Below are positions 10,241 to 19,900 of a stretch of 64,000 nucleotides of DNA, piece after piece. A program made the position numbers and the translations under genes. Position 1 is the first letter of the stretch. The number at the start of each line of letters is the position of its first letter. The notes under the pieces are model-generated. The model worked only from the letters and a program-made list of their open reading frames with translations, did no database searches and was not told the DNA's origin. Location: positions 2,432,001 to 2,496,000 of the forward strand of contig OY970320.1 in assembly GCA_963716745.1 (NCBI GenBank), written 5' to 3'. The DNA comes from an uncultured Gemmatimonadaceae bacterium (GTDB lineage: Bacteria; Gemmatimonadota; Gemmatimonadetes; Gemmatimonadales; Gemmatimonadaceae).

Positions 10241-10822
10241 TCATCCTCGCAGGTCGCTCAGAGTCTTTCTCAACGCCGCACGCGCGTGGTGCAAGTGCGC
10301 GCGCGCCGTCCCTTCGGGTATCTCCAACAGCCCGCCGATCTCGGCGTGCGTGAATCCTTCGACATCGTGCAACACCATCACCGCGCGCTGCGGCGGCGTC
10401 AGCGTGTCGAGCGCTTCGGCCAGCCGTCGGCGCAATTCGTCGTCGATGCCCGGATCGCGGAACGGATGCGCGATCTGCTCCGTGAGCGCCTCCGCCACCC
10501 GCACCTTCCGGCGCCGCGCGATGTCCAGCGCGGCGTTCGCCACGATCCGGCTCAGCCATGCCGCGAACGGCTGGTCGGGCCGGAACCGCTCCAGCGCCTG
10601 GTACGCATGCAGGAACCCTTCCTGCACCGCATCCTCGGCGTCCTCGTGCGTGGCGGAGATCGCCCGCGCTACCGTGTACGCCCGGCGCTGGTGGCGGCGC
10701 ACCAGCTCGGCGAATGCTTCCGACGAGCCCCGCTGCGCCGCGAGCGCCAGATCACGCTCGGACGCTGGATCGGGCGATGCCGGACCGGCATGTCCCGGCC
10801 CGGAGATCGAGTGCGTTGCCAT
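10241..10822 (-). CDS. ECF (sigma-70 group 4) RNA polymerase sigma factor
   Basis: AFAELVRRH, DAEDAVQEGF, FAAWLSRI and EGFTHAEIGGLLEIPEGT (regions 2 and 4). Confidence 0.95.
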   Translation of the reverse strand: MATHSISGPGHAGPASPDPASERDLALAAQRGSSEAFAELVRRHQRRAYTVARAISATHEDAEDAVQEGFLHAYQALERFRPDQPFAAWLSRIVANAALDIARRRKVRVAEALTEQIAHPFRDPGIDDELRRRLAEALDTLTPPQRAVMVLHDVEGFTHAEIGGLLEIPEGTARAHLHHARAALRKTLSDLRG

Positions 10823-10828
10823 GTGTAG

Positions 10829-10853
10829 TACGCGCTTCGCCGCGGGAGCGTTG
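10829..10853 (-). promoter_or_regulatory. Putative ECF-type autoregulatory promoter (CAAC-N17-CGTA), probably leaderless
   Basis: Minus strand ccaac-gctcccgcggcgaagcg-cgta, ending 6 nt before the sigma ATG. AAC/CGT is the common ECF promoter pattern. Confidence 0.5.
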
Positions 10854-10857
10854 GCGC

Positions 10858-11460
10858 TCAGCCGGCGGCCGGCGTTCCGGCGAGGCCGAGCGTGGGCGCG
10901 ACGCCGCGCATCGCGACGATCACGAAAGCAATGTGGTCATCCAGCGCGACGCCGAGTTCCTCGGCGCCCTGGATCACGTCCTCGCGGCTGACGCCGCGCG
11001 CGAACGCTCTGTCCTTCATCTTCTTTCGCACGCTCGGGGCCTCTACGTCGTGTACGCTGCGGGTGGGTTTCACCAGGGCCGATGCGGTGATCAATCCCGT
11101 CAGCTCGTCCACGGCGAAGAGCGTCTTCGCCATGCGCGTCTCGCGCGGCACGCCCGTGTACGTCGCGTGGCCGAGGATCGCCTGGAGCACATCCTCGGGA
11201 TAGCCGCGGCCGCGCAGCAGGCGCACCCCCTCGGCGGGATGCTCGGCGTCCGCCGCGTGTGCAGCGTTGGGAAAGCGCTCATAGTCGAAATCATGGAGCA
11301 GGCCCGCGAGCCCCCAGCGGTGCTCATCCTCGCCGAACTTCGCGGCATAGGCGCGCATCGCGGCCTCGACGGCCAGCATGTGCTTCCGCAGCGAATCGCT
11401 GGCCGTGTACTCGTGGACGATCGCCAGGGCGTCGTCCCGGGATGGCAGTGCTTCGGTCAT
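10858..11460 (-). CDS. HD-domain (HDIG-type) metal-dependent hydrolase
   Basis: LRKHMLAVEA, GLLHDFDYE, ILGHA and VDELTG motifs. Confidence 0.88.
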   Translation of the reverse strand: MTEALPSRDDALAIVHEYTASDSLRKHMLAVEAAMRAYAAKFGEDEHRWGLAGLLHDFDYERFPNAAHAADAEHPAEGVRLLRGRGYPEDVLQAILGHATYTGVPRETRMAKTLFAVDELTGLITASALVKPTRSVHDVEAPSVRKKMKDRAFARGVSREDVIQGAEELGVALDDHIAFVIVAMRGVAPTLGLAGTPAAG

Positions 11461-11505
11461 GCCTGTGATGATAGGGGGGTACGGCCGTGCGCGTCAGGGC
11501 GGGGG

Positions 11506-13089
11506 TCAGTGCGCCGGGCCGGCGTTGCGCTTCGACTTGCCTGTGCGGAAGAGCAGCAGCACCGGCAGCGCCGCCACGAGCAAAATGCCGCTGAGGAGAT
11601 AGATCTTGGAGAACGCGAGCACGCTCGCCTGTGCTTGCACCTGGCGGTCGAGGATCGCGAGCGCCGCGTGCTGGGCCTGCGCGGGGTCCATGCCGCGCGC
11701 CACGAGCGCGTGCGCCGTGCCGGTGAGGCGCGCGACGACCTGCGGATCGCCGCTCACCACGTGCTCCGAGAGGAGCGATTTCTCCACGACCATGAAGCGC
11801 GTGAGCAGCGTGGCCATGATGGCGATGCCGAGCGAACCGCCCAGCTGGCGCGTGAGGTTGAACATGCCCGTTCCCTGCGGCAGTTCCGAATCCTTGAGGT
11901 CGGCCATGGTCGCGCCGGTGAGCGGCACGAAGATCAGGCCCAGCCCCACGCCGCGCAGAATGAGCGGCCAGAACAGGTCGCCCACGCCGACGTCCATCGT
12001 GATGATGGACATCTTGTACATCGAGGCGAGGAAGAGGAACGAGCCGATCACCACCGTGATGCGCGCGTCGAGCTTCGCGGCGTTCCGGCCCACGAAGGCC
12101 ATGGTCACCGCGGAGGCGAGCGCGCCGGGCAGGATCACGCGGCCGGTCTGCCACGCGGTGAATCCGTGCAGGGTCTGCAGGAAGATCGGCAGCACGAACA
12201 CCGAGCCGTACAGCGCGAGCCCCATGAACGCCGCGAACGCCACGCCGGCGGTGAGCTGGCGGCTCTTGAAGACGCGGAAATTGATGACCGGTTCATCGAT
12301 ACGCAGTTCGTACCATACGAGCAGGATGCCGGCGACGGCCGAGGTGATGGCGAGCGCCGGTGATGAACTTGGAATCGAACCAGTCGTTGCGCTCGCCGCG
12401 CTCGAGCATCCACTGCAGCGAACCGACGCACGTGGCCAGCAGCAGGATGCCCGACGAAGTCGATGGTGTCGGCGCGCTCCTGGTGCGAGGCGTTCTTCAC
12501 GTACGCCAGCACCATGAAGAACGCGAAGATGCCGAGCGGCACGTTGATGTAGAAGATCCACGGCCACGTGTAGTTGTCCACGATCCAGCCGCCGAGCGTC
12601 GGGCCGATCGTCGGGCCCACCATCACACCGACGCCGAAGATCGCCTGACCGATGCCCATCTCCTCCGGCGGGAACGATTCGAAGAGCGTCGCCTGCGCGG
12701 TGGAGAGCAGGGCACCGCCGCCGAGTCCCTGGATGACGCGCCAGAACACGAGACCCCAGAGCGAACCGGCCGCGCCGCAGAAGAAGCTCGACGACCACGA
12801 AGATCGCGATCGAGCCGGCGAGATACCGCCGGCGGCCGAACCAGCCCGAGAGCCACCCCGACATCGGGATGACGATGACGTTCGCGATGATGTAGCCGGT
12901 GGAGACCCACGCGATCTCGTCGAGCGTGGCGCCGAGGTTCCCCATCATGTCGGGGATCGCGACGTTCACGATGGACGTGTCGATCAGTTCGAGCACGGCC
13001 GCGAGCGTCACCACCATCGCGATGAGATAGCGATTCTTGTAACGCGGGTCGGCCGCGATCTCGGCGGCGCGTGCGGCGGTGATCGTCAT
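11506..13089 (-). CDS. emrB: EmrB/DHA2-family MFS efflux permease; three compensating 1-nt frameshifts (about 12792, 12450, 12358)
   Basis: ELIDTSIVNVAIP and WVSTGY motifs. The correct middle part (RVIQGLGGG, GPTIGPTLGGW, WPWIFYINVP) is in ORF 12135-12749. Confidence 0.9.
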   Translation of the reverse strand: MTITAARAAEIAADPRYKNRYLIAMVVTLAAVLELIDTSIVNVAIPDMMGNLGATLDEIAWVSTGYIIANVIVIPMSGWLSGWFGRRRYLAGSIAIFVVVELLLRRGRFALGSRVLARHPGTRRRCPALHRAGDALRIVPAGGDGHRSGDLRRRCDGGPDDRPDARRLDRGQLHVAVDLLHQRAARHLRVLHGAGVREERLAPGARRHHRLRRASCCWPRASVRCSGCSSAASATTGSIPSSSPALAITSAVAGILLVWYELRIDEPVINFRVFKSRQLTAGVAFAAFMGLALYGSVFVLPIFLQTLHGFTAWQTGRVILPGALASAVTMAFVGRNAAKLDARITVVIGSFLFLASMYKMSIITMDVGVGDLFWPLILRGVGLGLIFVPLTGATMADLKDSELPQGTGMFNLTRQLGGSLGIAIMATLLTRFMVVEKSLLSEHVVSGDPQVVARLTGTAHALVARGMDPAQAQHAALAILDRQVQAQASVLAFSKIYLLSGILLVAALPVLLLFRTGKSKRNAGPAH

Positions 13090-13110
13090 GTTCGCTCCGG
13101 CGCGTGCCGG

Positions 13111-14194
13111 CTACTTGGTCTTCACGCTCACCACGGCGCTCATGCCGGGGCGCAGCGGTTTCGCGGGGCCGAGTCCCTTCGTGACGCGCACGCGCACCGG
13201 CACGCGCTGCACGACCTTGGTGAAGTTGCCGGTGGCGTTGTCGGGCGGCAGCAGCGCGAAGCGCGCGCCGGTGGCCGCCGACAGACTCTCGACCTCGCCC
13301 TGCACCGTGAGGCCGCCGTACGCGTCGATCTTCACGTCCACCTGCTGGCCGACGCGCATGCCGACGAGCTGCGTCTCCTTGAAGTTCGCGGTGACCCAGC
13401 TGCCGGTGTCGGCGACGATGGACATGAGCTGCTGGCCGGCCTGCACGAGCTGGCCGATCTCGACGAGCTTCTTCGCGACGGTGCCCGTCGCCGGAGCGAA
13501 GATCGACGTGTACGAGAGCTGGAGCGCCGCGTTGTCGCGCGAGGCCTGCATCGCGGCGACGCGCGCGTCGGCCATGCGAAGTCCGGCCTGCGCGCCGCTC
13601 ACGCCGGCGTTCGCCGCCGCCGCCTGCTGCTCCAGCGCGCGCACCTGTGCGGCGGCCGCATCGTACGCGGCCTGCGCCGCATCCACTTGCTGCGCGCTCA
13701 CGATCTGCTTCGCGACGAGTTCCTTGGCGCGCGTGAGATCGGACTGCGCCTTGACGAGATTCGCCCGCGCGGCATCGATCTGCGCATCCACGGCCGAGCG
13801 CTGTCCGGCCGCGCTCGCGACCGCCGCGCCGGCCTGTCCCTGTCCGCCGCGGGTGCCCGCCATCGCGCGCGCCGCCGCCAGATCGGCGTCGGCCTGCTCG
13901 AGCTTCACGCGGTACTCGGCGCTGTCGATCGACACGAGCAGCTGAGCCGTTGTGCACCGAGTCGTTGTCCTGCACCGCCACGCGGTCGACGTAGCCGCCG
14001 ACCTTGGCGATCACGGGAATGATGTGCCCGTCCACCTGCGCATCGTCGGTGGTCTCGTGCGTGTGCGCGTAGTACCAGGTGGGGATCCCCCAGATCAACG
14101 CGGCGATCAACGCCACGCCCAGCACGCCATACATGATGAGGCGCTTGCGGGAGAGCGGCGCGTCGGGAGCTGCGGGGACGTTCGGATTCGCCAT
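13111..14194 (-). CDS. emrA: EmrA/HlyD-family membrane fusion protein; frameshift near 13945
   Basis: ETTDDAQVDG at the N-terminus; WVTANFKETQL and LLPPDNATGNFTKVVQRVPV at the C-terminus. Confidence 0.9.
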
Positions 14195-14231
14195 GGGACG
14201 TATACCGGGGAAGACGGTTGAGCTGCGGTGG

Positions 14232-15566
14232 TTATGGGAGCGCGGTGACGGTGCCTTCAGCGCGCGCGAGCTGCACGCGCGCGGCCTGATACGCCGCGAG
14301 CGCCTCGATGAGCTGGCTGCGCGCGGTATTCAAGTTCGACGACGCCTGGATCACGTCGAGATTGCCGGAGGCGCCGGCGACGAAGCGCTCGCGCGCCTGC
14401 GTCACCTCGAGCGTCGAGAGGTCGAGCCGCTCCTGCGCCGCGGCCATTTGTTCACGCGCGGCCGCGAGATCGTCGAGACCGCCGCGCACTTCGATCGATG
14501 CCTGGAGCACGAGCGCGCGCTGCTTGGAGGTGGCCTCACGCACCGCGGCCTTGTTCTCCTCGATGCGCGCTTCGCGGCGCAGTCCGTCGAAGATCGGCAC
14601 CTGGAGCTGCACGCCCCAGGTGTACGTGGGGAGGTACGACGCGCCGTTCTTGCCGATCGCGCCGTAGCTCGCGCCCACGCCGAGCGACGGCAGCCGCTCG
14701 GCCTTCACGGCGGACACGGCCGTCTGCGACGCTTCGATCTGCAGCATCGCGGCGCGGAGGTCGGCGCGCGACATCATCGCGGTATTCACCGCGGCGCTCT
14801 CGCTCGGCAGTTCGGCCGGCGCGGGGAGACGGTCGAGTGAATCGGCGAGTTCGAGGTGCGTACTGAGCGGCAGGTTGAGCACGCGCAGGAGGTCAAGGCG
14901 CGAGCGGTCGCGGTCGGCGCGCTGGAAGATCAGCTGCGCGCGCACCGTGCTCGCCTGCACCTTGGCGCGCGTGACGTCGATCGCCACGCCCACGCCGCTG
15001 CTGAGCTGGTCGCGCGCGATGCTCAGGAGCGAATCCGCGAGCAGCGAGTCGGCCACGCGCGCGCCGACGAGCGCTTCGGCGCGCTGGAGCCTCACGTACG
15101 CGCGCGCGGCGAGCTCGCCGGCCGCGTCGCCGATGTTCACGGCGTCGGCCGCGCTCGCGCCCGCTTCGGCGGTGGCGCCGGACACGCGCTTGTAGGCCGC
15201 GACATCCACCACGGAGAGCTCGAGGCGCGCGCGCATGTCGAGCGCATTGAGCGGACCCACGACCTGGCCGTTGGGATCGATGCCCGGGAAGGTGAACGGC
15301 GGCGGGAAGAGCGCGGCGGTATTGAACGTGGCGCCGCTCTCCAGCGCGGAGGCGGAGAGCTGCGGGAGCAGATCGGACTTCCGCTGGGTGATGCGCGCGG
15401 TGGCGGCATCGGCGCGGTCGCGCGCCTGCTCAGCCTGCGCATTGCGGCGCGCGGCGAGACGTGCGGCGTCGCCGAGCGTGAGCGGGTGTGCGATCGCGGA
15501 GTCCTGCGCGTGAGCGCCGCCGGCGGCCATGGCGGCTGCCAGCGCGAGGAGAGCGAGTCTGGTCAT
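14232..15566 (-). CDS. TolC-family outer membrane protein
   Basis: Signal peptide MTRLALLALAAAMAAGGAHA, VPIFDG and ERFVAG motifs. ATGA overlap with tetR. Confidence 0.9.
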   Translation of the reverse strand: MTRLALLALAAAMAAGGAHAQDSAIAHPLTLGDAARLAARRNAQAEQARDRADAATARITQRKSDLLPQLSASALESGATFNTAALFPPPFTFPGIDPNGQVVGPLNALDMRARLELSVVDVAAYKRVSGATAEAGASAADAVNIGDAAGELAARAYVRLQRAEALVGARVADSLLADSLLSIARDQLSSGVGVAIDVTRAKVQASTVRAQLIFQRADRDRSRLDLLRVLNLPLSTHLELADSLDRLPAPAELPSESAAVNTAMMSRADLRAAMLQIEASQTAVSAVKAERLPSLGVGASYGAIGKNGASYLPTYTWGVQLQVPIFDGLRREARIEENKAAVREATSKQRALVLQASIEVRGGLDDLAAAREQMAAAQERLDLSTLEVTQARERFVAGASGNLDVIQASSNLNTARSQLIEALAAYQAARVQLARAEGTVTALP

Positions 15567-16273
15567 GCGGTGGTTCTCCGGCGGGATCGCGTGGTGGGAG
15601 CGGCGCCCGGTTCCAGGGCGTGATCGACGAAATCGAGTATCTCGGCGAGGATCTTGGCGTCGGATGCCTTCGCGACGAACGGGATGACCTCGCGGTGGGC
15701 GCACCAGTGGCCGTGCTTGATGATCATGGCGTGCACCATGCGCGCGGCAGCCTCGGGCTCCACGCGGCGGAATTCGCCGCGCGCGATGCCGCGGCGGATG
15801 ATCTGGGAGCACACCTTCAGCGCGCGCTCGGCCGTCTCGTGGATGTAGAACTTGAGAAGGTCGGGGAACTCGGGGAGCTCGCCGATCGTGAGGCGGTAAA
15901 GGATCGGGAAGGCGGGGCTGCGCACGTGCTCCCACACACCGGTGACGTACTCATGGAGCTGTTCGAGGGCGGGGGCGTCGGAGGCCGCGTGCTTCTGCTC
16001 GAAGGCGGCGATGCCGCGGCCGGTGACGTGGCGCACCATGGCGCGAAAGAGCTCGTCCTTGGTGGCGAAGTAGAGATAGATGGTGCCCTTGGCGACGCCG
16101 GCGCGGCGCGCGATGTCATCGAGCCGGGTGCGTCCGAGACCGCGCTCGCCGAACTCGATGAGGGCGGCGTCGAGGATCTGGCCGGGCCGTTCTTCTGGCC
16201 TGCGCTGCCAGCGTGGCGCGTCGGCGCGGGCGGGGGATCGGGCCGGGGTGCGACCGGCGGTCTTGCGGGACAT
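15563..16273 (-). CDS. TetR/AcrR-family transcriptional regulator
   Basis: ILDAALIEFGERG...DDIARRAGVAKGTIYLYFATKDELF helix-turn-helix. Confidence 0.95.
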   Translation of the reverse strand: MSRKTAGRTPARSPARADAPRWQRRPEERPGQILDAALIEFGERGLGRTRLDDIARRAGVAKGTIYLYFATKDELFRAMVRHVTGRGIAAFEQKHAASDAPALEQLHEYVTGVWEHVRSPAFPILYRLTIGELPEFPDLLKFYIHETAERALKVCSQIIRRGIARGEFRRVEPEAAARMVHAMIIKHGHWCAHREVIPFVAKASDAKILAEILDFVDHALEPGAAPTTRSRRRTTA

Positions 16274-16281
16274 TCGCCGGA

Positions 16282-16309
16282 ATTAAATGACCGACCCGTC
16301 AGTTATCAA
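16282..16309 (-). promoter_or_regulatory. Sigma70-like promoter (TTGATA-N16-TTTAAT) with an imperfect palindrome TGACCGACCCGTCA (probable TetR operator) in the spacer
   Basis: Read directly from the sequence. The -10 box ends 8 nt before the tetR ATG; the palindrome is at 16288-16301. Confidence 0.6.
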
Positions 16310-16342
16310 GGGCCCCCTGCTAACTACTGCCGCGGGTAGACC

Positions 16343-16492
16343 CTACGGCTGCGCCGCCGCTGGCGGAGTCTCTCCTTCGTACTTCTTATTCACCATCAGC
16401 ACGATCGCGCCCAGCGCCAGCAGCAGCACCAGCGCTCCCACGATCAAGCCGGTGAATCCGGCTCCCTTGTCTCCCTCCATCGGTGCCGCCAT
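16343..16492 (-). CDS. Small (49 aa) single-TM membrane protein, not in the ORF track
   Basis: MAAPMEGDKGAGFTGLIVGALVLLLALGAIVLMVNKKYEGETPPAAAQP, with a GGAGG RBS upstream. Confidence 0.65.
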   Translation of the reverse strand: MAAPMEGDKGAGFTGLIVGALVLLLALGAIVLMVNKKYEGETPPAAAQP

Positions 16493-16522
16493 GCCTGCCT
16501 CCCGGAACGTGTGCGGGCGCGC

Positions 16523-16990
16523 CTACGCGACGCGCACCGATGTGATCGTGTCGTTCGCCTTGATCTGTTTCACCGCGTCGATCCCCTTCGTGACTCTGCC
16601 GAACACGGTGTGCACGCCGTTCAGGTGCTTCGTGTTCGCCTCGCTCAGCACGATGAAGAACTGGCTGCCGCCGGTGTCCTTGCCGGCATGCGCCATGGAG
16701 AGCGAACCCAATTGATGCGTGTGCGGGTTCCCCTTGGTCTCGCACTTGATGTGCCAGCCCGGGCCGCCCGTGCCGATCTTCCGGTCGCCCGCCGGCAGAT
16801 CGCGCGAGTACGGATCGCCGCCCTGGACCACGAAATCCTCGATCACCCGGTGGAATTTCACGCCGTCGTAGAAGTTGCTGTTCGCCAGCTTCTCGAAGTT
16901 GGCGACGGTGAGCGGCGCTTCCTTGTCATAGAGCTCGGCGACGATCTGGCCGCGATTGGTCTCGAAGGTGGCTGTCTTCACGGAAGGCAC
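16523..16990 (-). CDS. Cyclophilin-type peptidyl-prolyl cis-trans isomerase
   Basis: [40 protein letters not shown] and HTVFG motifs. Confidence 0.95.
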   Translation of the reverse strand: MPSVKTATFETNRGQIVAELYDKEAPLTVANFEKLANSNFYDGVKFHRVIEDFVVQGGDPYSRDLPAGDRKIGTGGPGWHIKCETKGNPHTHQLGSLSMAHAGKDTGGSQFFIVLSEANTKHLNGVHTVFGRVTKGIDAVKQIKANDTITSVRVA

Positions 16991-17045
16991 GGTGGGAGTG
17001 GAGTGATGGTCGAGAGGGGAAATTACTCGGCGCGACGCCCGGCGG

Positions 17046-17522
17046 CTACTTCATGCCCATGGCGTGCACGATCTTCCATTCCTGCTCCGTCACCGGCATC
17101 ACCGAAAGCCGGCTCCCTTTCTGCAGCAGCACCATCTTCTCCAGTCCCTTCAACCCGCGCAGCTCGGTGAGGGTCACCGGACGCTTGAACGGCGCGACCG
17201 CCTTGAGATCCACCACGTACCAGGCCGGGTTCGCGGGATCGCTCTTGGGATCGTAGTGGTCGTCCTTCTTATCGAACGCCGTCGGATCGGGATACGCCTC
17301 GCGCGCCACCTCGCACTCGCCCATGATCGCGCCGGGATCCGCGTTCGAGTGGTAGAAGAACACGGGATCGCCCTTCTTCATCCCGTCGCGCAGCATGTTC
17401 CTCGCCTGATAATTGCGCACGCCGTCCCATCGCGTGGTGCGCTTCGGCAGCTTCCACAGGTCCCCCCACGCGAAGCTCTCGGCATCGGTCTTCACCAGCC
17501 AGTACCGCTTGCCGCCGCTCAC
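17046..17522 (-). CDS. EVE-domain (Thy28-like) protein
   Basis: [31 protein letters not shown] and SRLSVMPV motifs. GTG start overlaps the nth stop. Confidence 0.92.
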   Translation of the reverse strand: MSGGKRYWLVKTDAESFAWGDLWKLPKRTTRWDGVRNYQARNMLRDGMKKGDPVFFYHSNADPGAIMGECEVAREAYPDPTAFDKKDDHYDPKSDPANPAWYVVDLKAVAPFKRPVTLTELRGLKGLEKMVLLQKGSRLSVMPVTEQEWKIVHAMGMK

Positions 17523-18232
17523 GGCTGCGCCGACGGACAGAGATCGGCGAGCACGCACTCGCCGCACTTCGGACGCCGTGCGATGCACACGCGGCGTCCG
17601 TGCTCGATCAAAAGGTGCGACAGCATCGTCCACTCCGCGTTCGGGAATTGTTGGATCAGGTCCTGCTCGATCTTCACCGGGTCGGTCTCACGCGTGAGGC
17701 CCATCAAGTGCGAGAGCCGCGCGACGTGCGTGTCCACCACGACGCCGGCGTTGATGTCGAAGGCATTGCCGAGGATCACGTTCGCCGTCTTGCGGCCGAC
17801 ACCGGGGAGTTTCGTGAGCTCATCCATGGTACGCGGGATCGCGCCGCCATGCCGGACCATCACGGCGCGCGCCATCCCTTCCAGGCTCTTGGCCTTGTTG
17901 CGGAAGAAGCCGGTGCTCTTGATGAGCGTCTCGAGTTCGCCACGGTCGGCGCCGGCGAGCGCGGCGGCGTCGGGATACTTCGCGAACAACGCCGGCGTCA
18001 CCATGTTCACGCGCACGTCGGTGCACTGCGCGCTGAGGATCGTGGCGACGAGCAACTGGTAGGCGCTCGCATGATCGAGCGCGCAGTGCGCGTCCGGATA
18101 CGCCGCGCGCAGCCGCCGGTAGTACTCGGCGGCCACCTCCGGCGACGCGCGCTTGATCGCGCGTTTCTTCGGGAGCTTCCGCGGAGCGGGTCTCTTCTTC
18201 GTGACTTTCTTCTTTGCCGGCTTCTTCTTCAT
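17519..18232 (-). CDS. nth: Endonuclease III (DNA glycosylase/AP lyase) with Lys-rich N-terminal extension
   Basis: LLVATILSAQCTD, HhH LPGVGRKTANV, VDTHV and the 4Fe-4S motif CIARRPKCGECVLADLC. Confidence 0.96.
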   Translation of the reverse strand: MKKKPAKKKVTKKRPAPRKLPKKRAIKRASPEVAAEYYRRLRAAYPDAHCALDHASAYQLLVATILSAQCTDVRVNMVTPALFAKYPDAAALAGADRGELETLIKSTGFFRNKAKSLEGMARAVMVRHGGAIPRTMDELTKLPGVGRKTANVILGNAFDINAGVVVDTHVARLSHLMGLTRETDPVKIEQDLIQQFPNAEWTMLSHLLIEHGRRVCIARRPKCGECVLADLCPSAQP

Positions 18233-19880
18233 CGCGTGACCCTTCGGCTCCTCGCGCGCTCGACGATGTCGTGCGCATGCTGCGTGTTCAGCACATCGCC
18301 GGCCTCGAGCCAGCCTTTGCGCGCCGTGTTGATGCCGTACGTCATATTATCGAGTCCCGCAACGGAGTGCGCGTCCGGACCGATCTCGATGAGGCAGCCG
18401 AGTTCCTTCGCGACGCGGCAGAGGGTCCAATCGAGATCGAGGCGGTGCGGGTCGGCGTTGAGCTCCACGGCCACGCCGAGTTCTCCGGCGCGCGCGAGCA
18501 CCGCGGGCATGTCGATCGCGTACGGTTCGCGCGTGAGGAGCAGGCGGCCCGTGGGATGGCCGAGGATCGTGACGAAGGGATTCTCGAGCGCGCGCAGCAC
18601 GCGCTCGGTCATCGCGCGCTCGTCCATCGCGAAGCGCGAGTGCACCGAGGCGATCACATAGTCGAACGTCTCGAGCAGCGACTCGTCGTAATCGACGCGG
18701 CCGTCGGCAAGGATGTCGGCCTCGATGCCCTTGAGGATGCGGAAACCGTGGAACCTCTCCTGTAGCCGGTCGATTTCGTCGTGCTGGCGCTTCACCGCGT
18801 CGGGCGAGAGTCCGCCGGCGTAGGCGGCCGACTGGCGAATGGTCCGAGATGCCGAGATACGACCACCCCCGTTCGCGCGCCGCGGCGACCATTTGGTCGA
18901 TGGTGGTCGCGCCGTCGGAGTACTGCGAGTGACAGTGGAGCACGCCGCGAACATCGGCGAGCTCGATGAGATGCGGCAGCTCGCCTGCGAGCGCGGCCTC
19001 GACCTCGCCGAGCCCCTCGCGCAGCTCGGGCGCGATGCCGGCTGTGACCGCCGGTGCGAGGCGGTACGCTCGCGCCTGGTCGAGATGCCCGGCGCTCCCG
19101 GTCGCGTGCTCGAGCGCGGCGCCGAACTCATGCGGGGTCGCGCAATAGAGATCCAGCCGCGTGCCGTCCGCGTAGCGGATCGTCACCTCGTCGCCGCCGA
19201 CGCCAATGGCATCTCTTCACGTCTTCGCCGCGCGCGATCTCAGCCGCCACCTCACTCGGCGCGCGCGTGCACTCCGCCACGATGTCGATGTCGCGCACGA
19301 CGGGACAGCGGCGCCGGATCGAACCGGCGATCTCGGCCCGGGCGACGCCGGGTACCGCGAGTATCTGCGCGCGCAGCCGCTCCGCTTCCGCGAGCGCGTG
19401 CGGGTACAACATGAAATCGCTCGTCTCCCGCAGGTAGGCGATGCCCCGCGCGATCTTCGCGGCCGTTCTCGCTCCGAAGCGCGGCAGCGCCGCGAGGCGC
19501 CCGTCGCGCGCGGCGGCTTCGAGGTCCTGCAACGTGTCGATGCCCAGTCCCTCGTGGATCGCGCGGATCTTGGAGGTGCCGAGCCCCGGCACGCGGAGCA
19601 TCTCGAGCAGACCCTCGGGCGTGTCTTCCTGGAGTTGTGTGAGGAGCGAGGAATCGCCGCCGGTCGCGAGTTCGGCGATCACGGCGAGCGTCGCCGGCCC
19701 TACGCCCCGTACGCGGGCGAGGGCGCCGCTCGCGATCGCCGAGGCGAGTTCGCCGTCGCGCACGTTCTGCAGGGCGCGCGCCGCGGTGCGGTAGGCGCCG
19801 CTCTTGAAGCCGCTCTCCCCCTTGAGTTCGAGCAGGTCGGCGATCTGTTCAAGGACGTGCGCCGCGGCACGGGGCTGCAT
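18229..19880 (-). CDS. polX: DNA polymerase X / PHP exonuclease (PolX); frameshifts near 19210 and 18838
   Basis: 8-kDa/HhH region (LLELKGESGFK, VPGLG), GSIRR..DIDI palm, PELRE, and PHP domain motifs LHCHSQYSDG, GHPTGRLL, DAHS. Confidence 0.9.
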
Positions 19881-19900
19881 GCGGGGAAGATAGCAAAACG

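Noticed and set aside
17046..17522. EVE gene as part of a modification-dependent restriction system
   Set aside because: Single-domain EVE with no HNH, PD-(D/E)XK or McrB partner nearby.
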